A stretch of DNA of 37,810 nucleotides from Lama guanicoe. Its lineage: Eukaryota. The stretch spans positions 2,302,884 through 2,340,693 of the forward strand of contig MU053472.1 in the NCBI GenBank assembly GCA_013239625.1, in the 5' to 3' direction. Shown here one piece after another: positions 27,806-37,810 of the stretch. A program made the position numbers and the translations under genes. The notes under the pieces were generated by a model. The model did not search any database and was not told the DNA's origin. It worked only from the letters and a program-made list of their open reading frames with translations. How positions within the stretch are numbered: position 1 is the stretch's first letter; every line of letters begins with the position of its first letter.

Positions 27806-27918
27806 CTAAAAGAAAACAATATTAGGTACATAAAATCATCTTTAAAAGAGTCAAACACATTAATTTAATCGCTGGTATTGAGCAAGAAGAGTTTTCTTTT
27901 ACTGCCTGATAAGCTTAC

Positions 27919-28084
27919 CACAGCTGGATTTAAGCACCAAAAATTTAGCACATGAACTGCTATTTTCTGTCGTAAACGTTTCTTATTTTTTGGTAGAACA
28001 AGGAACCCATTTTTATCTGAAGTATCAGTCTGATTTATCCAAGAGTAAGTCTGTTGAATAGTGACTTTATAATCATCTGCAAAT
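27919..28084 (-). CDS. BRIP1: BRIP1 coding exon (exon 12 equivalent, 166 bp)
   Basis: [55 protein letters not shown]; tttag| and |gtaagc splice sites. Confidence 0.96.
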
Positions 28085-28269
28085 CTAAATGAAAATAAAA
28101 TGGTAATTAAATGACAAAACTTTAGATAACAATGTCCCCACCAACAATCACCACCAATAATTAAATTTAGTAATTCTGATAGAAAATAAGTCATTAAACC
28201 TTAGAGTCAATCCCTTCGTACAAGATTAGATACCATCTAAACATCCACACTTTATCACTTACCATCCCT

Positions 28270-28355
28270 GTGTTCAAAGATTACATAAATCATGTCAGAG
28301 CCAGAATCAAAATCCAGGCCTCCTAAAGCCCAGTCCAGAGCTCTTTGCACTCTAT
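28270..28355 (-). mobile_element. MIR fragment
   Basis: cagagccagaatcaaaatccaggcctcct..cccagtccagagctctt matches the reverse MIR head. Confidence 0.55.
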
Positions 28356-28759
28356 GTTAGTTACATCGTTAGTTACAAAGTAGGTAGCAATATTATTGTT
28401 AAAGAAACTAAAAAGTGGGTTAAACTTTCTTTTTGCATGAGAAAACAGAAAGACAATTTTTACTGTAAGTTTCAGAAACTAACAAAATTTTCAAGTTCCT
28501 TTAAAATCTGGATCTCAGTCTTCATCTATTTTTAATAAAAGTACTAAACCAGATGATCTCTGTGATCCCATCCAGCTTATAATTTCTTTCAGTAAGAGGC
28601 TATAAACACCTAAGCTTAAACAGAAAAAAATATGGTATTCTCTACCATGTCCTCACAATAATATTGACTGTTATCTTCACCCTTAGAGAGATCAAAACTC
28701 AAAGTTCAAGTCAAGAACCCTGCAATATGTGGAGAAAATTTTATAAAAATACTGGGGGC

Positions 28760-29850
28760 TAAAAACTATAAAACTCTTGAAAGAAAACATAGGGGAGAAT
28801 CTCCAAGACATCATATTTGGCCATGTTTATTGGATAACAAAAGCATATGCAGCAAAAGAAAAAAATCAATAAACTGGACTTCACCAAAATTAAAAATCTT
28901 TTGTGCATCAAAGAACACTATCAAGAGTGAAAAGACAACCCAAAGAATGGGAGAAAATATTTCTAAAGTGTATATCCGACATAGGATTAATCAGCAGAAT
29001 AACCCCTGCAATTCAACAACGATAACAAAAAGCCCCAACTCAAAAATGGACAAAGGACTTGAGCAGACATGTCTCCAATGAAAATATACAAACAGACATA
29101 AGCACATGAAAGGGTATTTAACATCTCTAGCCATTAGGGAAATACAAATCAAAACCATAAGGAGATACCACTTTATACCCATTAGGATGGCTATCATCCA
29201 AAAAACAGAAAATAATAAATATTGGCAAGGATGTAGAGAAACTGGAAATCTTGTGCTTAACTATGTGAATGTAAAATGTGCAGTTGTTTTGGAAAATAGT
29301 ACACTGTTTACTCAAAAAGTCAAACATAGAATTATACCATGATCCTGCAATCCCACTGCTAGGTATGCACCCAGAAGAACTGAAAGCAGGGACTCAGATA
29401 CTTGTATATCAATGTTTACTGCAGCATGATTCACAGTAGACAAAAGGTGGAAACAATCCATATGTCCATTAATACAAGAACAGATAAACAAAATGTGGTA
29501 TATACATACAATGGAATATTATTTGACTAGAAAAAGGAATGACATTCTGGTAGGTTACAACATGGATTATCCCTGAAAACATTATATTATATGATTCTAC
29601 TTACATGAGAAACCCAAAAAGGGCAAATCCACAGATCAAAAGTAGGAAAGAGGTTACCAGAGGTTGTGGTTAAGCGGGAAATGGGAAATACTATTTCATG
29701 GAGTTCCTGTTTGGGATGACAGAAAATTCTGGAAATGGACAGTGGTGATGGCTACACAAAAATGCAGATATACTTAATGCCACTAAAATGCACATTTAAA
29801 AAATGTTAAATTTTATGTTATGTATATTTTATCATTAAAAAAAACCTCTT
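28760..29850 (+). mobile_element. Old L1 (L1MB-like) 3' portion in BRIP1 intron 11
   Basis: Decayed ORF2 C-terminus and 3' UTR. Confidence 0.85.
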
Positions 29851-29949
29851 AAAAAAAAACTGGAACCAGGTAGTTCTGTAACTTAAGGAGTAGTGTATGG
29901 GGAGTTGACTGCTTTTCATTTTCCATATTTATATTAGAGGTTTTATGCA

Positions 29950-30200
29950 ATAAGAAGAGGGTGGGAAGGGATAAACTGGGAGTTCTGGATTTACAGATAC
30001 TAACAGATATACATAAAACAGATAAATAACAAGTTTACACTGTAGAGCACAGGGAACCATATTCAATATTTGGTAGTAACCTATGGTGAAAAAGAATATG
30101 AAAACAAATATATGTATGTTCCTATATGACTGAAGTATGGTGCTATACACTAGAAATTGACACAACATTGTAAACTGACTATACTTCAATAAAAATATAT
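29950..30200 (+). mobile_element. Younger L1 3' tail
   Basis: Similar to ~23075-23310; ends atacttcaataaaaa. Confidence 0.85.
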
Positions 30201-30417
30201 TAAAGAAAGAGACTTTCTGATACTGGAAGAAACATACCTAAATTATACTTAAAACTTAAATTTAGTCATAGAAGCCTATAAACTTAATGCTGAATTAATT
30301 AAATATCTTTATTTACTGATAACTAATATTAATTGTCTAAATCTGTACCAGTAATTTAGCTCCCAATAAGGCTAATATTTTTAAGAGGAAAAATACAGAT
30401 CAGATATCTTCACTTAC

Positions 30418-30572
30418 CTGCTATTTTGCCTAAAAAGATAGTCAAGTACCATAAAAAGTCCTTTGAGCATTATTTGAGTTGAAGCACTAATAATAGGTAC
30501 TTCTCTTGCCTCCTCTTTACCATGAATTGATGACACTTTTTCTTCTCTCTGAAGGATAGCAGAAAAATGTCC
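30418..30572 (-). CDS. BRIP1: BRIP1/FANCJ helicase internal coding exon (human exon 11 equivalent, 155 bp)
   Basis: Translates [51 protein letters not shown](R); flanked by ttgtag| acceptor and |gtaagt donor; phase joins the next exon. Confidence 0.95.
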
Positions 30573-31054
30573 CTACAACAAATTACCATATTAAGTTACC
30601 GGGGAGTAGGGGAAGGGTGAAAAACAAACTTCTCACAACTATAATAAAACCCAAATGAAATACTCATTGAAATTTTAGACAAACATTATTAATACACAGT
30701 GCTAATAGTATGTTTTGAATTCCCACATATTCCCAAATCCTCTTCAGAGTCAAAGACATTTTAATAATAAGTTACACATTTAGGAGGTTGATTACTTCTT
30801 CAGGTAATTAGGGTTTTATTCAATGCCCTTCAAAAGTAATGAACTAAATAAAAATGTACCAAATGGTTTTTAAGGAGCATAAAAGACCTGCTATGCTACC
30901 CAAATGCCTGAATTATTATATAGTTATAAGTCATAATTACAACATTACCTGATGTCACCATGAACAATGATAATATATATACATGATGATATGCACACTG
31001 AATATTAATATAATTATGCTGAGAGAATGGAGAGTGGAGAAAGGGAAATCAAGT

Positions 31055-32636
31055 AATCAGGACAGTGTGGTACTGATGAAGGAACAGACGAAACATATCA
31101 ATGGAAAAAAACAGAGCCTAGAAATGGACCCACACAAATATAATCACTGATCTTTGGACAAAGGAGCAAAGATAATCCAATGGAGAAAGGATGGTCTTTT
31201 CAACAAATGGTGATAGAGTAACTGGACAACTACATGCAAAGAAATCAATCTAGACATAAACCTTGCACCCTTCACAAAAGTTAACTCAAAATGGACAGCA
31301 GGCCAAAATGTAAAATGCAAAGCTACAAAATTCCTAGCAGAAAAGATAGGAGAAAATCTAGGTGACTTTGGGTTTGGTGATGAGTTTTTAGATGCAACAC
31401 CAAAAGCATGATCCATCAAACAAAAAAATTTGACATGCATTAAAACTAAAAACTTATGCTCTGTGAAAGACTCTGTTAAAGGGATGAAAAAACAAGCCAG
31501 AGGCTGGGAGATTATATTTGCAAATACTTCTCTGATGAAGGTCTTGTACACAAAATATATAAAGAACTCTTAAAACTCAACAACAGGCAAGCAACTCAAT
31601 TAAAAAGTAGACAAAATATCTGAAGAGATAACCTCACCAAATAAAACACATAGATGGAAAATAAACATGTGAAAAGATGCTCTATACTATATGTCATTAG
31701 GGGACTGTAAATTAAAATAACAATGAGATACTACCATGTATCTACTAGAATGGCTAACATGCAAAACATTGATAACACCAAATGCTGACAAGGATGTGGA
31801 ACAACAAGAACTCTTATTCACTGCTGGTGGGAGTGTAAAATGGTACAGCCACTTTGGAAGACAGTTTAGCAGTTTCTTGTGAAGCTAAGCATAGTCTTAC
31901 CTTATAGCCCAAGAATCGTGTTCCTAAGTATCTACCCAAATAAGAAAGCATGTCCATACAAAAACATGCATATAAATGTTTATAGCAGCTTTATTCCTAA
32001 TTGCCCAAACTTTGAAACCACCAGTGTGTCCTTCAGTAGGTAAATGGATAAACAAACTGTGGTATATACGTGCAATTAATATAGTTCAGAAATAAAAAGA
32101 AACGAGCCATCAAGCCACAAAAGGACATGGAAGAACCTTAAATGTATAGTGCTAAGTGAAAGAAGCCAGCTTGAAAAGACCTCAAAACTATATGATCACA
32201 ACTGTATGACATTCTAGAAGAGGCAACACTATGGAGTCAGGAAAAAAAGAATCACTGGCTGCCAAAGGTTCAGCAGAGGAAATAAAGTGTGTTGAAGAGA
32301 TGAACAACTGTAGCACAGAAGATTTTTAAGGCAATGAAAGCAATTCCACATGATACTATAATGGTAGATACATGACTTTATGTTTTTATCCAAACTCATA
32401 GAACTGTACAACACAAAAAGTGAACGCTAACGTAAACTATGGACTTTAGTTAAAAATAACGTAACTATTGGTTCAATTGTAATAAATGTACTACTATTGC
32501 AAGATGTTAACAATAGGAGAATCTGTAGTATCTCTGTGTGTGGGGGGGCTGGGAGTGGTGGTATATGAGAACTCTGTCCTTTTTGCTCAATTTTTCTGTA
32601 AACCTAAAAAAAAACTTTAAAAAGTAAAGTCAATTA
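31055..32636 (+). mobile_element. Old L1 (L1MC-like) 3' portion in BRIP1 intron 10; its tail abuts the HIC2 copy
   Basis: Decayed ORF2 end and 3' UTR ending gctcaatttttctgtaaacctaaaa...aaagtcaatta. Confidence 0.85.
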
Positions 32637-32673
32637 CTATAAATAAGAACAGAAAGAGAAAAGAAAAACATTC

Positions 32674-32702
32674 TTTTTTTTTTCTTCAATCAAGCTTTTA
32701 AT
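32674..32702 (-). terminator. Polyadenylation signal ATTAAA (32697-32702) followed 13 nt later by an A10 tract (32674-32683)
   Basis: Minus strand reads ...gatcttttcATTAAAagcttgattgaagAAAAAAAAAAgaatgtttttc...; upstream TGTA motif near 32737. Confidence 0.8.
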
Positions 32703-35700
32703 GAAAAGATCATAAAATAACAGTTTCTCATCACTGTACATTAAGACTGCACGCTTCTGAATGGAGAGATTGGTGACTGCTTTACCATGACACTTGAGGG
32801 CTGCATACCTGCAGCTCTGACCTGAATTTATCCAAACTCTCGCGGGAAGTGAACTCAATGTGATGACTGACAGCGGCGGTGGCCGGTGCAGGAGTGCGAT
32901 CACGGTTCCCTCCTCCTTTCTGGGAAGGGCTTATAGGACATGATCCCTCTTCCAGTTCTGATTAAACAAAACAGCTATAACCCCATCCCTCCCCTCCCCC
33001 TCGAGGTATTTGTGAGTGGGCCAATGCCCAGCCTGGGGTCCCCCAACGGGGGAGGGGAAAGCAAGTGATGGGTGGGGGACAGAGAGGCTCCCCTCAGCAC
33101 CTGGCCCCACGGGGCCCCGCCAAGTGGAGGGGGGGAGCCCTGGAGATCCTCTCTGCCCCAAGTGAGGTCTGTTATGCAGCATTTTTGAGGTCAATAAATT
33201 ACAGCAATAAATAGCAAGGTGAGGTAGGGGGAGGGGTTCCCGGTAGAAAGTTAAAGTGGGGTGACAATCTGGGGGTCCTAGGTAGGGGGTCCTGGGCAGC
33301 GCACACCCACACCCCTGATTTTGGAATGTCAGACTGAGGCTCTGGTCAGGCCCCGCTCCACCCCTCCACTCCTGGGATCGGATTCACAGGTTTAGTAACG
33401 CCCACGTGACCCTGGGGTTGGGCAGGGCCTTGGTCCCTGCAGCGGGCACGGCAGGGCTGAGATCCCTGGTCTGTTCTAAGACGGGGCGCCTCTGCTTTCG
33501 TCCCCCAAGCCAAGGGGACTGGACGGATGCAGCCGCCCTGCCCTGAGCCCTGCTCTCCTGGCTGCCCAGGCCTCACCCCAACTCAGGACGGCCGCGGGGA
33601 GGGCGGCTGGGGTCTGCCTGCCCAGCCGGCCCGGCCCAGATCGCACTCCTGCACGCGGCGAGTCCAGTGAATACTGACGGTGGGGGCGGGGGCGGCGCGG
33701 AAGGGACGGCCCAGCGCCCCCGAGTGGCGACGGACGGTAACGCACGGCTGCGTGAGGTTCTGAAAGTCCGTCTGGGTCCAGATTGTTCGTTTCACAGGCT
33801 GAGGAGTATGGCTATGCTGCGAGTCTCTGAGATTCGTATTTGCTTAGAGGTTCGTCTTTTCCTCTACCTTTTTTGCAATCCTGGAGGAGCCCCTGTGACG
33901 GGCTGGGTCTGGCGGGAGCGTGCGGTGGCGGAGCCCGGCCTGCCGCCCGCTCTCCCCAAGTCTGAGAAATAAATACATTCATCACTGCACAAACATATTG
34001 ATACAAAAACAACACTGTTCAGAGTGTTTGCACCGTCTGTGTTGGTAAGGACCGGCCCAGTGAGCCCCTCCCGTTGCCAGGGTGGAGGTGAGGGTCCCCG
34101 GGGGGTGGGGACCCGCTGGAGTCGACGGAGCTGTGCAAAGGTCCTGGCTTTTTGGCTTGAGAGGGACCCTCACAACCCACCCGAGGGTCTCGGGCAGAGG
34201 AGCAGGACAGCGGTGCACCTCCACCCCAGGGCCCAAGCCCAGACTTGGGTCTTACGGCCAGAGCTGACGGCCACCCTCACCAAGCCAGCCGGCCAGGACC
34301 ACCACGGTCTGGCCAGGAGGCCTGGGGGGTGGTCAGCACAGACCCAAGCTCTTTGGTGCCAGCTGGGCTGGGAGAGGCCCGGGCTGGGGAGGAGGGCTCA
34401 GGCGAACGTGGGAGCCCCTCTGCCCACGAGCTGATCCAGGGACGACTCGGAAGGGCCTCCAGCAGTAGGTGGGATTTCACTGGGACTGGCCTTACAGCTG
34501 CTGAGGTCTGAAACTGTCCAAGTTTATGTAAACAATGAGATAAATATATTAGTATCTTTTTTTCTGAGCCCACTGAGGTTCCATATGCATTCAAAATGTG
34601 CTTTGGTTTAAAAAATAGGTTTTGTGAATTTGGGTATGAGCTTTTTTTTTTTCTTTTTTGTTTTTGTTTATCCTCTTTCCTACATGACATCTGCTATTTT
34701 CTCTGTTTCCTGTTTCTCCGAAACATTCAGGAATTAAGTGACTAAAGCAGAGAACTGTAAGCCGCCCTGGGCCTCCAACGGCCTAATTTCCTGGTGGGGC
34801 TCGAACACATCTCCACGCACGCTCGCACACACGCACGCATCCACGTGAAATCAAGGAAAGAGAAAACCAAACCAAGTGTCGTGTTAACCCCGCCCGCCCC
34901 ACAAACCCTTAAAGTCTTAAATAGGAAACTAGTGTTTTGCTTTCTTGTTAAAATACAGAAAAGGCTCGATACAATACTCAGGTGGGTACAATACTATGTC
35001 GCACGAAGGTCGAGTGAGGGCCTCTGCGCCCAGTCCCTGAAGCTCTGCCATGAACCACCTGCTTCGCTGGAAGCCACGCCTTGCGGCGTGTGTGCAGCTC
35101 CCACTACAGACTTTTGTCGTGTGGCTTAAGTGCTGATGGAGTGGGGGGGTCGGGAGAGCAGAGGGGCTGGAGGGGGCCTGACTTGCTGGAAGAGGAGCGG
35201 CCCACACGCCCTCACTGGCACACCCACCACTCGGGTCCCTGAACTCAGGCTCTGTTTCAGCTGGAGGGTCTCTGGAGGGGTGGAGGAGGGGAAGGGGTGA
35301 CTCCGGAATTTTTTGGTCTGAACTTAAAGTAAAAGAAAAGATAGAAAAGTACGAAGCAAAACGAAGAAGACAAAGGCGCTGGCCCAGCCCCGTGGCTCCA
35401 GCTGGCGAGCGACCCCACGACCTTGGTCTGGCCTTGTGAGTGGGCTCCAGGCCCAGGGAGGTGTCTCAGGCTGGCAGGGAGCCCAAAGTGAGGGGCGAGG
35501 GTGGGGCACAGACGCAGCTGAACCACTGGGTGGCAGCCAGCCTCGCACCAGAGAAACCATGGGCCAGGACTGCTCAGAGGTGCCAAAACAGGGCAGGTCC
35601 CCTCCAATCCTCGGGGTGGCGGGACACACCCCTCTGGTCAGCCCTTCTGCAGTGGCCAGGCAGGGGCAGGAGCCACTGCTCTCCTGAGGTCACACTCTCG

Positions 35701-37108
35701 CAGGCCCAGGGGACAGGATGGGGGGGCTCACTTCGCCCCACCCTGGCCTGGCAGGGAGCTGCAAGGGACTGGTTCCCCACCAAGCGGCTACCATCTCCTG
35801 GCCCCTGCGCGGGGGGCCCCAGGGGGCTGCAGCACTCACACCTCCAACTTGGGCCAATCAGGCATGGGTGAGCTCCCTGACTCTCAGCAGCACACTCAGC
35901 ACACCCTCAGGGTGGACGGCTAGCTGCATGTGCCCGGAGACGCAGGCACCACTTCTGAGACAGGACCTGTAGGCGGGGTCCCAGGAGGGCTGCTCGAGCC
36001 CACTCGCTCAACCACGTCTTCCCCTGCGTGCGCACGGACAGGAGGAAAACACACGTGTCACGGCCACAGCAGCCGTCACCAGCGTCCTGTTCTCTCCAAT
36101 TCAAGAGGTAGCAAAAGGTCAGAAGTCTCTCCACCTTGATGGGGAAGGAAGGAAGGAAACGCAACACACGCACTGCGCACACCACACACACGGAGAAATG
36201 GAAACGCGCGTACCGACACCTGGGCACCAAGTCCAGCCCCCCCGCCCCCCAGCAACCCCGGCCTTCCAGTTCAAACATTCACATAAACGTTCCACGGGGT
36301 TTTCTCTTAATAAAAAACAAGTACCTCTAAACAAAGAATATTCCTCGGAAACTATGGGAAAAGCACTCTCTCTCCTGAGGCGGCCGAGGCAGGGCTCGGG
36401 GCCCAGGGAAGCCTTTGGCCAAGAAGGGCTTCTGGGGCCTGGAGGGTGGGCGCCCGGCCACAGCCGTGCAGGGCGGGCAGGGCGGCCGCCCAGTACATTC
36501 AGTCCACAGACCCAGGCTCAGCCCCGAGGGGCCGGGGGAAAAATAAACTCTCGTTGGTTTTGGTTTAAAAAACAAAATTCAGAAAGAAAAAAGGAACACA
36601 TCAGTAGGAATAACAGCCACACGGGCCCAGAGGGCTCTTTAGTTGTGGAGAGGTAGGCGGTGGGGGCCCTGACTGTCCCGGTGCCACCGAGCGGTGACCC
36701 CTGGCTCAAGGAAGGAGGGCTCTGTCCCCTCCTTCCAGCACCGCTTCCCGCAGAACCAGGGTGGCCACACACACATGCCCTGGGCCGCAGCCGCCCTGCT
36801 CCCCGCAGCCCAGAGGGAGGCCCCCACTCCCGCTGCTCCGACCCAGCCTGCAGGAACGGGGCTGGGTCCCCAGGAGACCCCCGTGGCCCACTACCGCGGG
36901 CCCCGTGGCAGCCCCCACGGGGAGCCGAGCAGGATGCTGGGCCGGGCGGGATGGGAAGTGCATGGCACAGTGGCCATAGGCTCAGGGCTGGGGCACTGGC
37001 TGCCCTCCTCTCTTCCCTTGGTACAGACTGTGGACTAAAGCTCTGGGTGTGGGGCGCTGGCCGGCCCCCGCTCCTTCCTTCCAGGCTCCCGAGGCGGGTC
37101 TTTGGCTT
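32684..37108 (-). other. HIC2: HIC2-derived 3' UTR (~4.4 kb)
   Basis: Continuous GC-rich sequence with no recognisable interspersed repeats from the stop codon to the ATTAAA/poly(A) end; U-rich patches and miRNA seed matches. Confidence 0.85.
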
Positions 37109-37810
37109 CTAGGAGGGGGAGGTGTGCATGCGCAGGTGGCTGATGAGGTTGCGCTGCTGTGTGAACTTGCCCCCGCAGAGCTGGCACTCATAGGGCTTCT
37201 CGCCCGAGTGCACGCGCATGTGCTCGGTCAGGCGGTACTGGCGGGTGAAGCGCATGCCGCACTCGTCGCAGGCAAAGGGTTTCAGGCCCAGGTGGCTGCG
37301 CATGTGGCGCGTCATGGTGCCGCGCTGCGTGAACATCTTGCCACAGATGTTGCAGGGAAAGGGCCGCGTCAGCCAGTGCGTCTTCTCGTGCTGCCGCAGT
37401 GTGGCCGGGTCCTTGTAGGTCTTCTCGCAGACAGAACACTTGAAGGGCCGGGGCTCGGCTGCATAGGCCGCACTGGGTGCCGACAGGTCCTCGGCCTCCT
37501 CCTCAGCGCCCCCGCTACCCGTCTCGTAGGCGCCCTCCTCCTTGATGAAGAGCTCCTCCTCCGTGTGCGTCTCCACGTGGGCGTTGAGCTGCTCGGAGCT
37601 GGGGAAGCCCTTGGCGCAAGGGATGCACACGTACAGGTTGTCCCCGTAGGACACCGTCTCGTAGCCCTCCTGCCGAAACATGTAGTGCGCGCCCGCGCGG
37701 CCGCCGCCCCCCTCGCTGCCGCTCTGCCCACTGTCCTCGCTCCCGTCCTTGCCATTCTCCTCCTCCTCCTTGCAGGGGTATGGGGGCTCCCCATAGGGCC
37801 CGCTGCCCGC
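37109..37810 (-). CDS. HIC2: HIC2 (ZBTB30) C-terminal coding region, truncated by the window edge; one isolated plus four clustered C2H2 zinc fingers
   Basis: Frame open from 37810 (AGSGPYGEPPYPCKEEEENGKDGSEDSGQSGSEGGGGRAGAHYMFRQEG...) to TAG at 37109-37111; LYVCIPCAKGFPSSEQLNAHVETH and terminal ...QQRNLISHLRMHTSPS match HIC2 as I recall it. Confidence 0.95.
   Translation of the reverse strand, partial: AGSGPYGEPPYPCKEEEENGKDGSEDSGQSGSEGGGGRAGAHYMFRQEGYETVSYGDNLYVCIPCAKGFPSSEQLNAHVETHTEEELFIKEEGAYETGSGGAEEEAEDLSAPSAAYAAEPRPFKCSVCEKTYKDPATLRQHEKTHWLTRPFPCNICGKMFTQRGTMTRHMRSHLGLKPFACDECGMRFTRQYRLTEHMRVHSGEKPYECQLCGGKFTQQRNLISHLRMHTSPS

Larger units (their letters stand above)
32674..37810 (-). 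pseudogene. HIC2: Putative HIC2 retrocopy (retrogene or processed pseudogene) inside BRIP1 intron 10
   Basis: CDS + 3' UTR + ATTAAA + A10 abutting AT-rich BRIP1 intronic L1 sequence 2.1 kb upstream of BRIP1 exon 11. The 5' end and second TSD are outside the window; the visible ORF is not disabled. Confidence 0.7.

Noticed and set aside
32637..32672. Polypyrimidine tract plus TAG on the minus strand as a real BRIP1 splice acceptor
   Set aside because: It leads into antisense L1 sequence with no BRIP1-like frame; at most a cryptic site.
33192..33975. Plus-strand AATAAA hexamers (near 33193, 33206, 33968) as ends of an antisense gene
   Set aside because: They are the complement of U-rich UTR patches; there is no supporting plus-strand exon structure.
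32900..37112. Many 60-150 aa ORFs on both strands in the GC-rich block
   Set aside because: Expected by chance in stop-poor GC-rich UTR; no recognisable domains, and they overlap in all frames.
37188..37794. Alternative-frame and antisense ORFs overlapping the zinc-finger CDS
   Set aside because: Shadow frames of GC3-rich HIC2 codons.
37109..37810. Assignment to HIC1, which is on the same human chromosome as BRIP1
   Set aside because: The sequence ends ...HLRMHTSPS right after the last finger and has AKGFPSSEQLNAHVETH, as in HIC2; HIC1 has a longer C-terminal tail.

Overview
Mammalian genomic DNA, probably camelid (inferred from the tRNA-derived SINEs and young L1 3' tails). Bases 1 to ~32,670 are AT-rich, repeat-dense sequence inside the minus-strand BRIP1/FANCJ helicase gene. 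Four intact coding exons are present (equivalent to human exons 11-14; 155, 166, 141 and 162 bp, all AG/GT), followed by >24 kb of intron 14 filled with L1, L2, MIR, MER21/MLT1 LTRs and a piggyBac fossil. At ~32,674 the sequence switches abruptly to GC/CpG-rich DNA: a ~4.4 kb 3' UTR and the intact C-terminal coding part (five C2H2 fingers) of HIC2, also on the minus strand. The switch falls at an ATTAAA signal followed by an A10 tract. HIC2 is not a BRIP1 neighbour in human (chr22 vs chr17). The best reading is a long (>5.1 kb), intact, CpG-retaining HIC2 retrocopy inserted in sense orientation into BRIP1 intron 10; an assembly chimera or DNA-level rearrangement cannot be excluded from this window alone. 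Repeat family names come from recalled consensus sequences, not from a database search.
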